DNA from: Rhodobiaceae bacterium
GTDB lineage: Bacteria > Pseudomonadota > Alphaproteobacteria > Rhizobiales > TMED25
Length of the DNA: 64,000 nucleotides
Reading direction: 5' to 3'
NCBI GenBank assembly: GCA_002704755.1
Contig: PAHC01000011.1
Span: forward strand, 66,780-130,779
Shown: piece after piece, positions 1-10,725 of the stretch
How the letters are laid out: each line of letters opens with the position of its first letter
Position numbering within the stretch: the stretch's first letter is position 1
Translations under genes and position numbers: made by a program
Notes under the pieces: generated by a model
The model's input: only the letters and a program-made list of their open reading frames with translations
Told to the model about the DNA's origin: nothing
Databases searched by the model: none

Positions 1-578
1 ATTTGATTATTGTTAAGGAACCTATGACCATAAGTAGAATTATTTGAACTAATATCCTCAATATCAAAATCTACTGGAATAATTTTTGTTTTGTCAAATA
101 TTAGAGCAAGAATATTTCTAAGAGGTCTTACCCAGCGGAGACTTCCACTACCCCACCTCATTGATTTTGGCCATGGGAATTTAGTGATTATCTCTGTAAT
201 AAGTGAGGGAAGTATTTCTGGTGCAAACTTTGATGGAGTTTTTTGGGTAAATTGATATCTATCACCTTTTTTATCATGGATTATGGTACAATCTTTAGTT
301 GATTTTGTACCACATGATCTTAAAAAACCATCGATCGCAATTTTTGGAGCATCAACTCTTGGACCAAGCTTCTCAACTTCGATCTCCTCACTATAGAGCT
401 CCATTCCTTCTACGATTATCGTTAATCTTCGAGATGAATAAAATGATCTAATTTTTTCATATTTTAATCCAATTTCACTTATCCTTTGAATAAACTCATT
501 CTCAAGATACTTGGAAGCATTTTTTTGCATTCTTGAGGGTATTTCCTCAGATAAAAGTTCTAGGACAAAGTTAGCCAT
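1..578 (-). CDS. glyS: glycyl-tRNA synthetase beta subunit, N-terminal part (gene continues past the left edge)
   Basis: My translation of the minus strand from ATG 578-576 gives MANFVLELLSEEIPSRMQKNASKYLENEF... and stays open to position 1. The N-terminus is GlyS-like and lies 13 nt downstream of glyQ, as in glyQS operons. It is absent from the ORF track because the window edge truncates it. Confidence 0.8.
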   Translation of the reverse strand, partial: MANFVLELLSEEIPSRMQKNASKYLENEFIQRISEIGLKYEKIRSFYSSRRLTIIVEGMELYSEEIEVEKLGPRVDAPKIAIDGFLRSCGTKSTKDCTIIHDKKGDRYQFTQKTPSKFAPEILPSLITEIITKFPWPKSMRWGSGSLRWVRPLRNILALIFDKTKIIPVDFDIEDISSNNSTYGHRFLNNNQ

Positions 579-591
579 ATGAGCACCTACA

Positions 592-1488
592 CTAAAAATC
601 TCTTGTATTCATCCACGCATCAGCTGAATTTTTAGCTAACGACCTTACTCTTAGGATGTATGACTGTCTTTCTGTTACAGATATCGCACCACGTGCATCT
701 AATAAATTGAACAAATGTGATGCTTTGATACATTGATCGTATGCTGGTAAAGCAAGGTTTAGATCGGCAAGTCTTTTACACTCTTTTTCAATTTTATCAA
801 ATTGATCTACAATAAGTTCTATGTCTGCGTGATTAAAGTTATAATCAGAATACTCACGCTCAGCTTCTTTGAACACATCTCCATAGGTTACTTTTTTTTC
901 ATTTTGTAGACCGTTATAATTCAAGTCATATACATTATCAACACCCTGAACATACATAGCTAATCTTTCCAACCCATATGTTAGTTCACCGGTTACTGGC
1001 TTACAATCATACCCGCATACTTGTTGAAAATATGTAAATTGTGATACTTCCATCCCATCACACCAAACTTCCCATCCAAGTCCCCATGCACCAAGAGTTG
1101 GACTTTCCCAGTCGTCCTCTACAAATCTTATATCATGTTTTGATTTATCAATTCCGATATATTCAAGGCTATTAAGATAGAGGTCCTGGATGTTATTTGG
1201 GGATGGTTTTAATACTACTTGAAACTGATAATAATGTTGTAATCTGTTTGGGTTTTCTCCAAACCTTCCATCGGTTGGCCTTCTTGATGGTTGAACATAT
1301 GCAGCGTTCCACTTTTGACTTCCAAGCGCTCTCAATATTGTGGCAGGATGAAAAGTTCCAGCGCCTACCTCCATATCATAAGGCTGAAGAATAACGCATT
1401 CATTTTGAGCCCAAAAATCCTGAAGCATTAGAATTAAATCCTGGAATGAATTACTAGGATCTTTCAATGTATTATTTTTATTAGCCAT
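592..1488 (-). CDS. glyQ: glycyl-tRNA synthetase alpha subunit
   Basis: 298 aa with long GlyQ-identical blocks: [69 protein letters not shown]. Confidence 0.97.
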   Translation of the reverse strand: MANKNNTLKDPSNSFQDLILMLQDFWAQNECVILQPYDMEVGAGTFHPATILRALGSQKWNAAYVQPSRRPTDGRFGENPNRLQHYYQFQVVLKPSPNNIQDLYLNSLEYIGIDKSKHDIRFVEDDWESPTLGAWGLGWEVWCDGMEVSQFTYFQQVCGYDCKPVTGELTYGLERLAMYVQGVDNVYDLNYNGLQNEKKVTYGDVFKEAEREYSDYNFNHADIELIVDQFDKIEKECKRLADLNLALPAYDQCIKASHLFNLLDARGAISVTERQSYILRVRSLAKNSADAWMNTRDF

Positions 1489-1573
1489 AACTCTAGCTAT
1501 CTGAAATTAATGACAAGATTTATTATCTATATAGGATAAATATTTATTATACAATTTTTTTTAAATTTTACTG

Positions 1574-2368
1574 CTATTGATGCTTATAATTCAACTGTTG
1601 AATATCAAATCTAGTATTACCTCTCAGAATATTCTCAACATTATCTGTGTAATGACCATTTTCATTATGCATAATCAATGGATATAGCAATCGTGCTTTT
1701 GATTTTGAACCCTTTTTTAACTGAACAATAATCCTATCTGCATCTTTTCTCCTTTTAGAAGTTAACGGTAATATATTTACACTACCGTAATGTCCAAGAG
1801 TATTAATTATACTCAACAAGTTTTCAACCTTATTTATGATTGTAAGTGTTCCATTATGTTTCAATAAATTATTGGCCGCATCAATCCATTTAGGCAAATC
1901 ATTTACTGAAAAAGTTTTAGCAATTTTATTATGATGAGATGTTGGAATGATATTCTTTTTACTATCAAAATATGGAGGATTCATAAATATATGATCAAAT
2001 GAAATATTCTTTTTTGAACTAAATAAATGTGATCTTATCTTAGTGTCTAAAATATCTAAATTTTTTATTGTAATTTGATTATTCATATCATTTAATTGAA
2101 CATTTCTTTGTGCAAGCAAAACATTCGTATCATCATTATCAATAGCCACAATTTTAATATCTTTTACAAAATGAGCGAGAGCTATGGATGCAGTTGCATT
2201 CCCGGTACCAATTTCTAATACAAAATCTCCAAACTTTGCAGGTACAGCTGCTGAGAGTAGTATCGTATCTGATCCAGATCTTCCGCCATCCTTGAGTTGT
2301 TCTATTATAATTTTCCCATCAAGAAATTTATCCCTGGTAGTTGTGTCAATATTTATAGTTTTATCCAT
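1574..2368 (-). CDS. SAM-dependent methyltransferase with N6-adenine-type NPPY motif (TrmN6/YfiC-like)
   Basis: 264 aa with SAM motif I LEIGTGNATASI and motif IV FMNPPYF. The substrate cannot be assigned from sequence alone. Confidence 0.7.
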   Translation of the reverse strand: MDKTINIDTTTRDKFLDGKIIIEQLKDGGRSGSDTILLSAAVPAKFGDFVLEIGTGNATASIALAHFVKDIKIVAIDNDDTNVLLAQRNVQLNDMNNQITIKNLDILDTKIRSHLFSSKKNISFDHIFMNPPYFDSKKNIIPTSHHNKIAKTFSVNDLPKWIDAANNLLKHNGTLTIINKVENLLSIINTLGHYGSVNILPLTSKRRKDADRIIVQLKKGSKSKARLLYPLIMHNENGHYTDNVENILRGNTRFDIQQLNYKHQ

Positions 2369-2431
2369 TTTTTAAAATTAAAATTTGTTTATTAATATCA
2401 AAAAACAAATTATACCTTATGTAAATAAAAA

Positions 2432-3433
2432 TTGAGATATTTGATGATTAATAAAGACATTGGCATAAAAAAACTAATTTCATTAACTGAAGCAGATATG
2501 GAAAAAGTCAACAGTCTTATAATACAGAGAACCATGTCAAACACAGAGATGATACCAAAAATTTCACAGTATCTCATTTCTTCTGGTGGGAAAAGATTAA
2601 GACCAATGCTTACGATTGCTTCAAGCAGACTTTGTAATTGTGATAATGAGCACTACATCACACTCGCTGCAAGTGTTGAATTCATGCATACAGCAACTTT
2701 ATTACATGACGATGTGGTAGACGATAGCCGCATGAGAAGAGGAAAAATATCAGCAAGAATGCTATGGGGAAATGAAGCGAGTGTTCTGGTAGGAGATTAC
2801 CTTCTTGGTGAAGCATTTAAAATGATGGTTGACGCACGCTCCCTTCAAGCCCTTGAGGTCTTATCCAATGCTGCAGCAATAATTGCAGAGGGAGAAGTTA
2901 TGCAACTAGTTTATTCAAATCAACTGCTATTAACTAAGGAACAATATTTTAAAATAATTGATCACAAAACCGCAAAGTTATTTAGTGCTGCAGCTGAAAT
3001 AGGTGCAATCATTTCAAATGCACCAAAAGAATATGCAAAACAACTAAGGGACTTTGGACAATTCTTGGGGATTGCTTTTCAGCTTACAGATGACGCTCTT
3101 GATTATAGTTTAGATAACAGTGACATTGGTAAAGACCTAGGCGATGATTTTTATGAAGGCAAAATAACGTATCCTATCATCGTTGCGATTGGGAAAGCTG
3201 GAGTTGAGGATAGAACATGGTGGGAAAAATTGATGCAAAAAAAGCAGCGCGATGAAAATGATTTTAAATGTGCTAGGGATATGCTACTGACCACCGGGGC
3301 AATTAAAGAGACTTTGATTGAAGCTGAAAAGTATGCTCACAAAGCAATCAAATGCCTAGATTGCTTCCATGATAACGATATCAAAAAGGCAATGATTGAT
3401 GGTGCCCATTTCTCCTATAATAGAAATATTTAA
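2432..3433 (+). CDS. ispB: polyprenyl (octaprenyl-type) diphosphate synthase
   Basis: 333 aa trans-prenyltransferase with both Asp-rich motifs (LLHDDVVDD and QLTDDALDY) and GKRLRP. Start is TTG 2432 or ATG 2444. Confidence 0.85.
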   Translation: MRYLMINKDIGIKKLISLTEADMEKVNSLIIQRTMSNTEMIPKISQYLISSGGKRLRPMLTIASSRLCNCDNEHYITLAASVEFMHTATLLHDDVVDDSRMRRGKISARMLWGNEASVLVGDYLLGEAFKMMVDARSLQALEVLSNAAAIIAEGEVMQLVYSNQLLLTKEQYFKIIDHKTAKLFSAAAEIGAIISNAPKEYAKQLRDFGQFLGIAFQLTDDALDYSLDNSDIGKDLGDDFYEGKITYPIIVAIGKAGVEDRTWWEKLMQKKQRDENDFKCARDMLLTTGAIKETLIEAEKYAHKAIKCLDCFHDNDIKKAMIDGAHFSYNRNI

Positions 3434-4281
3434 TTTTTAATCCTAACGGATTTTATCCAAAAATTTGGATAGATAGTTCTTAAATATTTCTCACTTTCAA
3501 CCGTATCTTCATGTTCTTTATATAACCCAAAACAGGTGGAACCACTGCCCGTCATTCTTGAAATAATGCATCCTCTTGTTCTTTTTATTTTGTCTATCAC
3601 ATCATTAATAATGGGATATTTTTTTACAACAATATCTTGAAGATCATTTTTTGAATCCTTTAAATTTTCAATACTCAAATCATCTTTCAAAGTTATAATT
3701 TTTTCATCTGTTTTTTTATTCATAAAATTTTCAAAAACCCACTTCGTAGACATTGAAATATTTGGGTATACAATCAAAGCATATAATGGAAAATTAATAC
3801 TCACCCTGTTGATATGCTCACCCAGACCTGAAACTCTTGCAGAATAATTTGTATAACATACAGGAATATCTGCGCCCACTCTTTTGGCGATTGAGTCTAA
3901 ATTAATATCATTAGGATTAATGTTATTATCCTTGATTAAAAACCTCATAAATGATGCAGCGTCAGCTGAGCCTCCCCCAAGACCTGCAGATATAGGTATT
4001 TTTTTATCAACATGGATTGAATACTTATGTAAGTTTGGATAATTTGCTAAAAAATATTCATATATTTTTATTATGGTGTTATTTTTCTGGGATATATTTT
4101 CTTCAAAGGGGCTATCAAAATTTACCGATAGTTTTGATGATCTTTTGACTTTAATTGTATCACTTAAGTTTAGAAAAACTATGATACTCTCAATATTATG
4201 ATACCCATCATCTCTTTTATTCAATACTTTCAAATCTAAGTTAATTTTAGCAAAAGCGGATAAAAAAGAAGTTGATTTCAT
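3430..4281 (-). CDS. ispE: 4-diphosphocytidyl-2-C-methyl-D-erythritol kinase
   Basis: 283 aa with KINLDLKV..R.DGYH N-terminus and GHMP kinase motif PISAGLGGGSADAA. Its stop overlaps the ispB stop (TTAA at 3430-3433). Confidence 0.9.
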   Translation of the reverse strand: MKSTSFLSAFAKINLDLKVLNKRDDGYHNIESIIVFLNLSDTIKVKRSSKLSVNFDSPFEENISQKNNTIIKIYEYFLANYPNLHKYSIHVDKKIPISAGLGGGSADAASFMRFLIKDNNINPNDINLDSIAKRVGADIPVCYTNYSARVSGLGEHINRVSINFPLYALIVYPNISMSTKWVFENFMNKKTDEKIITLKDDLSIENLKDSKNDLQDIVVKKYPIINDVIDKIKRTRGCIISRMTGSGSTCFGLYKEHEDTVESEKYLRTIYPNFWIKSVRIKN

Positions 4282-4296
4282 GAAAATAAAATTAAA

Positions 4297-5955
4297 CTAC
4301 ATATTAGAATAATTTGGTCCTCCACTACCTTCTGGGACCTGCCAATTTATGTTTTGATTTGGGTCTTTAATGTCACAAGTCTTACAATGCACACAGTTTT
4401 GTGCATTAATTTGAAGTCTTGTTTCATTTTCATCTTTTATCCATTCATAAACTCCAGCAGGACAGTAATTTGCTGATGGTCCACCATATTCCTGATATTC
4501 GCTTTTTAATTGTAGAGTTGAATCCATAACATTTAGGTGTATGGGTTGATCCTCTTCATGATTTGTTGAAGATAAATATACAGAAGAAAGCCTATCAAAT
4601 GTAATTACTCCATCTGGTTTTGGATATTCAATTACTTTTGCATTGTCTATATGTATTGTTGATTCATGATCTGGTTTTTTATGGGATAAAGTAATTGGAA
4701 TATTAATACCAACATCACGTAACCACATATCCAAACCACCAAGAGCTATACCTATAAAAGTTCCAAATCTTGACCATAGAGGCTTAACATTTTTAACTTT
4801 AGACAACTCTTTAGCAATTGAGCTTTTATCGTAACTTTCTTGATATTCGACTAACTCTTCCTCTGTCTGACCACTTACAAATTTCTTAATCATCTCATCA
4901 GCGGCTAATATACCACTCATGATAGCGTTGTGAGAGCCCTTAATTCGTGGAACATTAACAAATCCAGCAGCACAACCAACAAGCAGCCCCCCAGGAAATG
5001 TTAATCTTGGCACGGATTGGTACCCACCTTCATTGATAACCCTTGCGCCATATGAAATCCTCTTTCCACCTTCCAAAAATTCTTTTATCGATGGGTGTGT
5101 TTTAAATCTTTGCATTTCTTCGAAAGGTGAAAGGTTTGGATTTGAATAGTTCAAATGCACAACAAAACCTATTGAAACTAGATTTTTGTCAAAATGATAC
5201 ATAAATGAGCCACCACCTGTTTTACTATCCAATGGCCAACCCATTGTATGCTGAACTAATCCTGGTTTATGTTTATCTGTTGGTACTTCCCATAATTCTT
5301 TTATTCCAATACCGTATTTTTGAAAATCTGAGTCTTTATCTAAATTGTATTTTTTAATTATTTGTTTCGTTAAATGACCGCGAGCACCTTCTGCAAGAAT
5401 TGTATATTTTGCTCTGATTTCCATACCTGGCATATAGGAATCTTTTTTGTTTCCATCTTTTGATATTCCAAAATCACCGGTAACCACACCTTTTATGATA
5501 TCGTTCTCATATATTATTTCGGCTGCTGGAAATCCAGGGTATATATCAATTCCCATCGACTGTGCAATGCTGCCAAGCCACTTGACTACATTTGATAAAC
5601 TTGTTGCATAACATTTGTGATTTGACATCAATCTAGGCAAAAGAAAATTTGGAATCCTAAGTCTCCCCGCTGGTCCCAAAACATAGAATCTGTCATCTAC
5701 AACTTCATCCATCACTGGTGGTTCCATATCTCTCCAATTAGGTAATAGATTATCGAGTCCAATTGGATCGATGACGGCACCAGACAAGATATGCGCCCCG
5801 ACTTCCGATCCTTTTTCTAGTATCACAACATTAATATCTTTATTTTGCTTTTGTGCCTCGCTCTTAAGCCTTATTGCAGTTGCTAGCCCAGCTGGTCCAG
5901 CACCAATAATTACAACATCTACTTCAATTGAATCTCTTGATTGCTCTTCACTCAT
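4297..5955 (-). CDS. electron transfer flavoprotein-ubiquinone oxidoreductase
   Basis: 552 aa with FAD fold VDVVIIGAGPAGLATAIRL and a C-terminal 4Fe-4S region (CPAGVYEW...NCVHCKTCDIKDP) typical of ETF-QO. Confidence 0.95.
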   Translation of the reverse strand: MSEEQSRDSIEVDVVIIGAGPAGLATAIRLKSEAQKQNKDINVVILEKGSEVGAHILSGAVIDPIGLDNLLPNWRDMEPPVMDEVVDDRFYVLGPAGRLRIPNFLLPRLMSNHKCYATSLSNVVKWLGSIAQSMGIDIYPGFPAAEIIYENDIIKGVVTGDFGISKDGNKKDSYMPGMEIRAKYTILAEGARGHLTKQIIKKYNLDKDSDFQKYGIGIKELWEVPTDKHKPGLVQHTMGWPLDSKTGGGSFMYHFDKNLVSIGFVVHLNYSNPNLSPFEEMQRFKTHPSIKEFLEGGKRISYGARVINEGGYQSVPRLTFPGGLLVGCAAGFVNVPRIKGSHNAIMSGILAADEMIKKFVSGQTEEELVEYQESYDKSSIAKELSKVKNVKPLWSRFGTFIGIALGGLDMWLRDVGINIPITLSHKKPDHESTIHIDNAKVIEYPKPDGVITFDRLSSVYLSSTNHEEDQPIHLNVMDSTLQLKSEYQEYGGPSANYCPAGVYEWIKDENETRLQINAQNCVHCKTCDIKDPNQNINWQVPEGSGGPNYSNM

Positions 5956-6076
5956 TATTACCTTTTTGATCTCTTCATTAATTAACGTCCAATTTTAACA
6001 ATTATAATTTTTTTTATATTAATTGCATTAATAATAGTTACAATTAATAGAATAAATATAAAAAAATAAACTAACA

Positions 6077-6787
6077 ATGAGAGATCTACAGAAAATTTTG
6101 TTACTTGATTGGTGCCAACAGGAAAATATTGCTCTTTCATTCAAGAAAGAACCAATTGATAAAAAAAAACAAAATAAAGTTATACCCCATTTAGAAGAAA
6201 TAGAAGTTCTAACATCTCTCTCAAATATTATACAATATATTGATGAAAAACCATTATCAGGTCTGAAAAAATATTCAAATCATTCTTCGATCCTTGAAGG
6301 GAATAGCAACCCAGATTTCTTAATCGTAAATGATTTCACAAATTCTATTGAACAAGACTCAAAAACAAATATTCTTAGCTCAGATGAGAGAGAATTATTG
6401 GAAAAAATGTTAAATGCTATTGATATAAATTTAAATCATAATTCAATAATGAATATTTTCTTTTGGCGTACACCAGGTAATAGAAATCCAACTGAAGATG
6501 AAATAGAGGATTGCATGCCAGCCGTAAAAAGATTAATAGAAATACTTGCTCCAAAATACATCATCACTTTGGGTGATCTTGCACTAACATCAATTATGGA
6601 AAGAAATTGTAATCTTATGGACTCACGTGGAAAAAAACTTAATTGTAAATATTCTTCTACACCAGTATTTGCTCTTTTTCATCCAAGATTATTAATTAAA
6701 CAACCATCACTCAAGAGACTTGCTTGGGAAGATTTAAAATTTATAAAAGAAAATATTAATAAAAATAAAAATGGAAACTACTCATGA
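6077..6787 (+). CDS. uracil-DNA glycosylase family-4-like protein with diverged active-site motif
   Basis: 236 aa. It is collinear with family-4 UDGs (EGNSNPDFLIV..., LLEKMLNAI, RTPGNRNPTEDEIEDCMP, ITLGDLA, FHPRLL), but NDFTN stands where GEAPG is expected. Confidence 0.6.
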   Translation: MRDLQKILLLDWCQQENIALSFKKEPIDKKKQNKVIPHLEEIEVLTSLSNIIQYIDEKPLSGLKKYSNHSSILEGNSNPDFLIVNDFTNSIEQDSKTNILSSDERELLEKMLNAIDINLNHNSIMNIFFWRTPGNRNPTEDEIEDCMPAVKRLIEILAPKYIITLGDLALTSIMERNCNLMDSRGKKLNCKYSSTPVFALFHPRLLIKQPSLKRLAWEDLKFIKENINKNKNGNYS

Positions 6788-7308
6788 GTGAAGAGAAAGA
6801 TAAATTTATAAGTTTAAAAATAGGTATAATAACCATCTCTGATACAAGAAATTTTGACAATGACACTTCAGGTGCATATCTGTCAGAAGCAATTAAGCAA
6901 AGTGGACATGAAATATTCAAGAGGATAATCATAAAAGATAGTATTGAAGAGATACGTAATGTTCTTAATGAATGGACATCCGAAAATGCAGCAGATGTGA
7001 TAATCACTACTGGTGGAACTGGACTTACTGGAAGGGATAAAACCCCAGAAGCCATAGAACCACTTTTAGAAAAAAAAATTGATGGTTTTGCAGCTCTCTT
7101 TCATCAAATTAGTTCAACCAAAATTGGAACTTCAACAATACAATCAAGGGCATTTGGTGGAATATATAAAAATATATATATATTCTCCCTTCCAGGGTCA
7201 ACGAATGCATGCAAAGATGCATGGGATGGAATTTTAAAACATCAATTAAATATTAATCATAAACCATGCAATCTTGTTGAGATCATCCCAAGGCTCTCCG
7301 AGAAATAA
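6784..7308 (+). CDS. moaB: molybdenum cofactor biosynthesis protein B (MoaB/MogA family)
   Basis: 174 aa with MoCF_biosynth domain signature ITTGGTGLTGRDKTPEA and LPGSTNAC. The start overlaps the upstream stop by 4 nt. Confidence 0.75.
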   Translation: MSEEKDKFISLKIGIITISDTRNFDNDTSGAYLSEAIKQSGHEIFKRIIIKDSIEEIRNVLNEWTSENAADVIITTGGTGLTGRDKTPEAIEPLLEKKIDGFAALFHQISSTKIGTSTIQSRAFGGIYKNIYIFSLPGSTNACKDAWDGILKHQLNINHKPCNLVEIIPRLSEK

Positions 7309-7316
7309 CAATTAAA

Positions 7317-7937
7317 ATGCTAATTGAAAAGAAGCCCTCATTAGATTTTGAAAATAATTATAACAGTAAAGGTTATAAAATTATTGCAGGTTTGGATGAA
7401 GCTGGACGAGGTCCAATTGCTGGGCCAGTTGTGGCAGCGGCTGTAATTCTTGATCAAAAAAATATCCCAGCTGGCATAGATGATTCAAAAAAACTATCCG
7501 ATACTCAACGTAAAAACTTATACTTTGAAATAATTAAGTCATCAAATGTTGGTATCGGAGTCGCAGATGTTGAGTGTATTGATAGTATAAACATTTTGAA
7601 CGCAACAAAATATGCAATGAATCTAGCCAGAATGATGTTAAATAAAAAACCTGATATGCTGCTGATTGATGGTAATTTCACAATAAATAACAAAATAGAG
7701 AACGTTCCTATTATAGGAGGAGATGGAAAATCTTTATCAATTGCTGCAGCATCAATTATAGCAAAGTATATTAGAGATGAGATTATGAAAAAATTTGAAT
7801 TTATTTATCCAAGTTTTTCATTTTCAAAACACAGAGGTTATCCAACATCCTTACATATCAGTGAAATTGAAGAATTTGGAATAATCGAACTACATAGAAA
7901 GACCTTTAAACCAATAAACAAACTTAAAAAAAAGTAA
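7317..7937 (+). CDS. rnhB: ribonuclease HII
   Basis: 206 aa with GLDEAGRGPIAGPVVAAAV, DSKKLS and SIAAASIIAK motifs. Confidence 0.95.
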   Translation: MLIEKKPSLDFENNYNSKGYKIIAGLDEAGRGPIAGPVVAAAVILDQKNIPAGIDDSKKLSDTQRKNLYFEIIKSSNVGIGVADVECIDSINILNATKYAMNLARMMLNKKPDMLLIDGNFTINNKIENVPIIGGDGKSLSIAAASIIAKYIRDEIMKKFEFIYPSFSFSKHRGYPTSLHISEIEEFGIIELHRKTFKPINKLKKK

Positions 7938-7997
7938 TAATTTAGAAAATAATAACTTTTTGTTGTCAATATATAAAAAAATAATTTTAGCAACAAG

Positions 7998-9110
7998 ATG
8001 TTAAAGAAAATATCAAACGAGATACCAAAAAAACTAATCAATAAGATCCTTCATGGTGACAGTTATGCAACCATGCAGAAATTACCAGATGACTCCATTG
8101 ATTTAATATTTGCGGATCCACCCTATAATTTACAATTAAATGATACTCTTTACAGGCCGGATTATAGTGAGGTTGATGCAGTTACTGAAGACTGGGATAA
8201 GTTTAGTGATTTTAAATCTTATGACGAATTTACCAAAGAATGGCTTTACGAATGTAAAAGAGTCTTAAAACCATCTGGTTCAATTTGGGTTATTGGCAGT
8301 TATCACAACATCTTCCGTATTGGTTACATGATGCAAAATTTTGGTTTTTGGACTCTAAATGATATAATATGGTCAAAAACCAATCCAATGCCACATTTTC
8401 GAGGTAGAAGATTTACAAATGCACATGAGACGATTATATGGGCAGCAAAGGATAAGAATTCCAGATATAGATTTAATTATGACTCTTTAAAATCATTGAA
8501 TGATAATATCCAAATGAGATCTGATTGGACCATTCCAATATGTAATGGTAAGGAAAGATTAAGAGATCATGATGGAAATAAAATACATCCAACACAGAAG
8601 CCTGAAGCATTATTGTATAGAATCATACTTTCATCTTCAGATCCAAATGCTATAATTCTAGATCCCTTTCTCGGTAGCGGAACAACTGCAGTTGTAGCTA
8701 AAAAACTCGGTAGAAGATGGATAGGAATTGAAAATAATCCGGAGTATATTACAGCCGCTAATGAAAGAATTAAGAATACATCCAAACCGAGCCCTGACGC
8801 AATAGATATTAAAGCTACAAAAAGAGACCAAGTAAGGATACCTTTTGGAGTATTAGTTGAAAGAGGATATATTGAAATTGGAGAGAAACTATATTGCTGC
8901 AAGAAAAAAAATGTAGCAATTGTTAAAGCAGATGGATCTTTACAATCTAATGAGATAGTTGGCTCCATCCATAAAATTGGTGCTCACTATCAAGGCACGG
9001 AAAGCTGCAATGGGTGGACCTATTGGCATTATCTCAGAAATAATAACTTATTCCCCTTAGATAACCTCAGAGAGGAAATCAAATCTAATTTAGACCAAAA
9101 AATAAATTAG
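7998..9110 (+). CDS. ccrM: CcrM-type N6-adenine DNA methyltransferase (GANTC-specific family)
   Basis: 370 aa beta-class MTase with FADPPYNLQL, WVIGSYHNIFR, HPTQKPEALL and DPFLGSGTTAVVAKKLGR, plus the CcrM-specific C-terminal domain. Confidence 0.93.
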   Translation: MLKKISNEIPKKLINKILHGDSYATMQKLPDDSIDLIFADPPYNLQLNDTLYRPDYSEVDAVTEDWDKFSDFKSYDEFTKEWLYECKRVLKPSGSIWVIGSYHNIFRIGYMMQNFGFWTLNDIIWSKTNPMPHFRGRRFTNAHETIIWAAKDKNSRYRFNYDSLKSLNDNIQMRSDWTIPICNGKERLRDHDGNKIHPTQKPEALLYRIILSSSDPNAIILDPFLGSGTTAVVAKKLGRRWIGIENNPEYITAANERIKNTSKPSPDAIDIKATKRDQVRIPFGVLVERGYIEIGEKLYCCKKKNVAIVKADGSLQSNEIVGSIHKIGAHYQGTESCNGWTYWHYLRNNNLFPLDNLREEIKSNLDQKIN

Positions 9111-10162
9111 TCTTTAATTAATTGCAAAACCTTCCTCATCAAACTCGATAATCCTAAATTATCTATACTCCCAAGAGCAACCCAATCTGAATTTTGGAAT
9201 GTATAATTATCAAGCAATTGATAATTGCTGAATGGTATTTCAATTACATTTAATTGCAGTTGAAAATGTGAAAATCTATGGCGAACAACACCAATATGGC
9301 GTATGTCCTTTTTGTTGAAGTTGGGATTTAATTCTTTATTATTTCGATTATCAACCCAATCTGTTGTTGGAAATTGATAAGTTTTTGCAAGTATTCCTTT
9401 GTCCGGTCTTTTTGAAATTAAGTATTCACCAACTCTATTTTTAATTACAAATACGTTACCATATCTTTTTGGTAATGATTTTAAATCTTTATTATTTCTA
9501 AAATCAAAAGTTTTTTTTGAACTTGCTTTGCAATGCTCTCTTATTGGGCAAATGTTACATGATGGATTATTTACACTACAAATGGAAGAACCCAAATCCA
9601 TTAACGCCTGAATAACATCTCTGGGTGAAGCATTTAATGTTAATTCTTCCACTAAATTTTCAACATTTTTTCTATTTACCCCTGGATTAGAATAATCCAA
9701 TTGAAAATATCTAGTAAGCACTCTTTGAATGTTTGTATCAACTGCTTTGGAGGGGAGATTGTAGGCAATTGATACAATCGATGAGGACATATACAACCCA
9801 ATTCCTGGGAGTTTTTTTAATACCTCAATATTATCTGGTATATTGTATGAGAAATCATTAGCAATTATTTGAGATGTTTTTAATAGATTAGTCGCTCTAG
9901 AGTAATACCCTAAGCCCGACCATGATTGAATAATTTCATTTTCCGAAGCATTTGATAAATCAAGTAATGTAGGCCATCTATTAATAAATTTTTCGAAATA
10001 TCCAATTACAGTAGAAACGGTTGTTTGTTGAAGCATAAACTCACTCACCAGCACAAAATAAGGTGAGTTTTTATCATTATAATCTCGACGCCACGGAAGA
10101 TCCCTTTTATTAGACTTATACCATGAAATTAATGGGTATGTAATATCGTTTGGTTTGTACAT
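9107..10162 (-). CDS. mutY: A/G-specific adenine DNA glycosylase
   Basis: 351 aa with HhH-GPD core (SEFMLQQTTV, LPGIGLY), Fe-S cysteines C-x6-C-x2-C-x5-C (CSVNNPSCNICPIREHC) and a NUDIX-like C-terminal domain. Confidence 0.9.
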   Translation of the reverse strand: MYKPNDITYPLISWYKSNKRDLPWRRDYNDKNSPYFVLVSEFMLQQTTVSTVIGYFEKFINRWPTLLDLSNASENEIIQSWSGLGYYSRATNLLKTSQIIANDFSYNIPDNIEVLKKLPGIGLYMSSSIVSIAYNLPSKAVDTNIQRVLTRYFQLDYSNPGVNRKNVENLVEELTLNASPRDVIQALMDLGSSICSVNNPSCNICPIREHCKASSKKTFDFRNNKDLKSLPKRYGNVFVIKNRVGEYLISKRPDKGILAKTYQFPTTDWVDNRNNKELNPNFNKKDIRHIGVVRHRFSHFQLQLNVIEIPFSNYQLLDNYTFQNSDWVALGSIDNLGLSSLMRKVLQLIKD

Positions 10163-10213
10163 TTTTTGAAATAAGAATATTATATTATATAGAATAGGTA
10201 AAAAGATTTTAAT

Positions 10214-10723
10214 ATGTCAATAAACGATAATATTTACAATTTTAGAAATAGGAACGTAAGACTACACGTAAGTAATTTTGTTCGTGATATAATCAGTCCA
10301 TTTGAAAAAAAATATGGGAAAAAGACAAGTGAACTAAATGAATTATGGAGAATTGCGCTAGGTAATGAGTATAGTGACTTCGTAAAACCAAATAAAATTA
10401 CAAAAGAGTATAAATATGTGAATGATGAAAGAGTATTGGTAAGAAAACTCCACATAGATGTTGATAGTACGCGAGCTCTCGAAATTACGTACAATACAGA
10501 TAATATTATTAATAGAATAAATGAATTATATGGCGTTGATTTTATCTCACAAATTATAATTAAGAGCAAAAACAAATCAAATAATACTAATCATGTAAAT
10601 AAAATTAATAACCATTATAATAAATCTCCGTCAGGTCAAATTAAAATAAATACTGAAGGAATCAAAGATGATAATTTAAAGAATGCTCTAGAAAGACTTG
10701 GGCGTAATATACAGGAGTCATAA
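10214..10723 (+). CDS. DUF721-like protein (conserved alphaproteobacterial neighbour of mutY/dsbA/smc)
   Basis: 169 aa. The call rests mainly on conserved position between mutY and the DsbA-like gene and on size. The C-terminus is Asn-rich low complexity. Confidence 0.5.
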   Translation: MSINDNIYNFRNRNVRLHVSNFVRDIISPFEKKYGKKTSELNELWRIALGNEYSDFVKPNKITKEYKYVNDERVLVRKLHIDVDSTRALEITYNTDNIINRINELYGVDFISQIIIKSKNKSNNTNHVNKINNHYNKSPSGQIKINTEGIKDDNLKNALERLGRNIQES

Positions 10724-10725
10724 AA

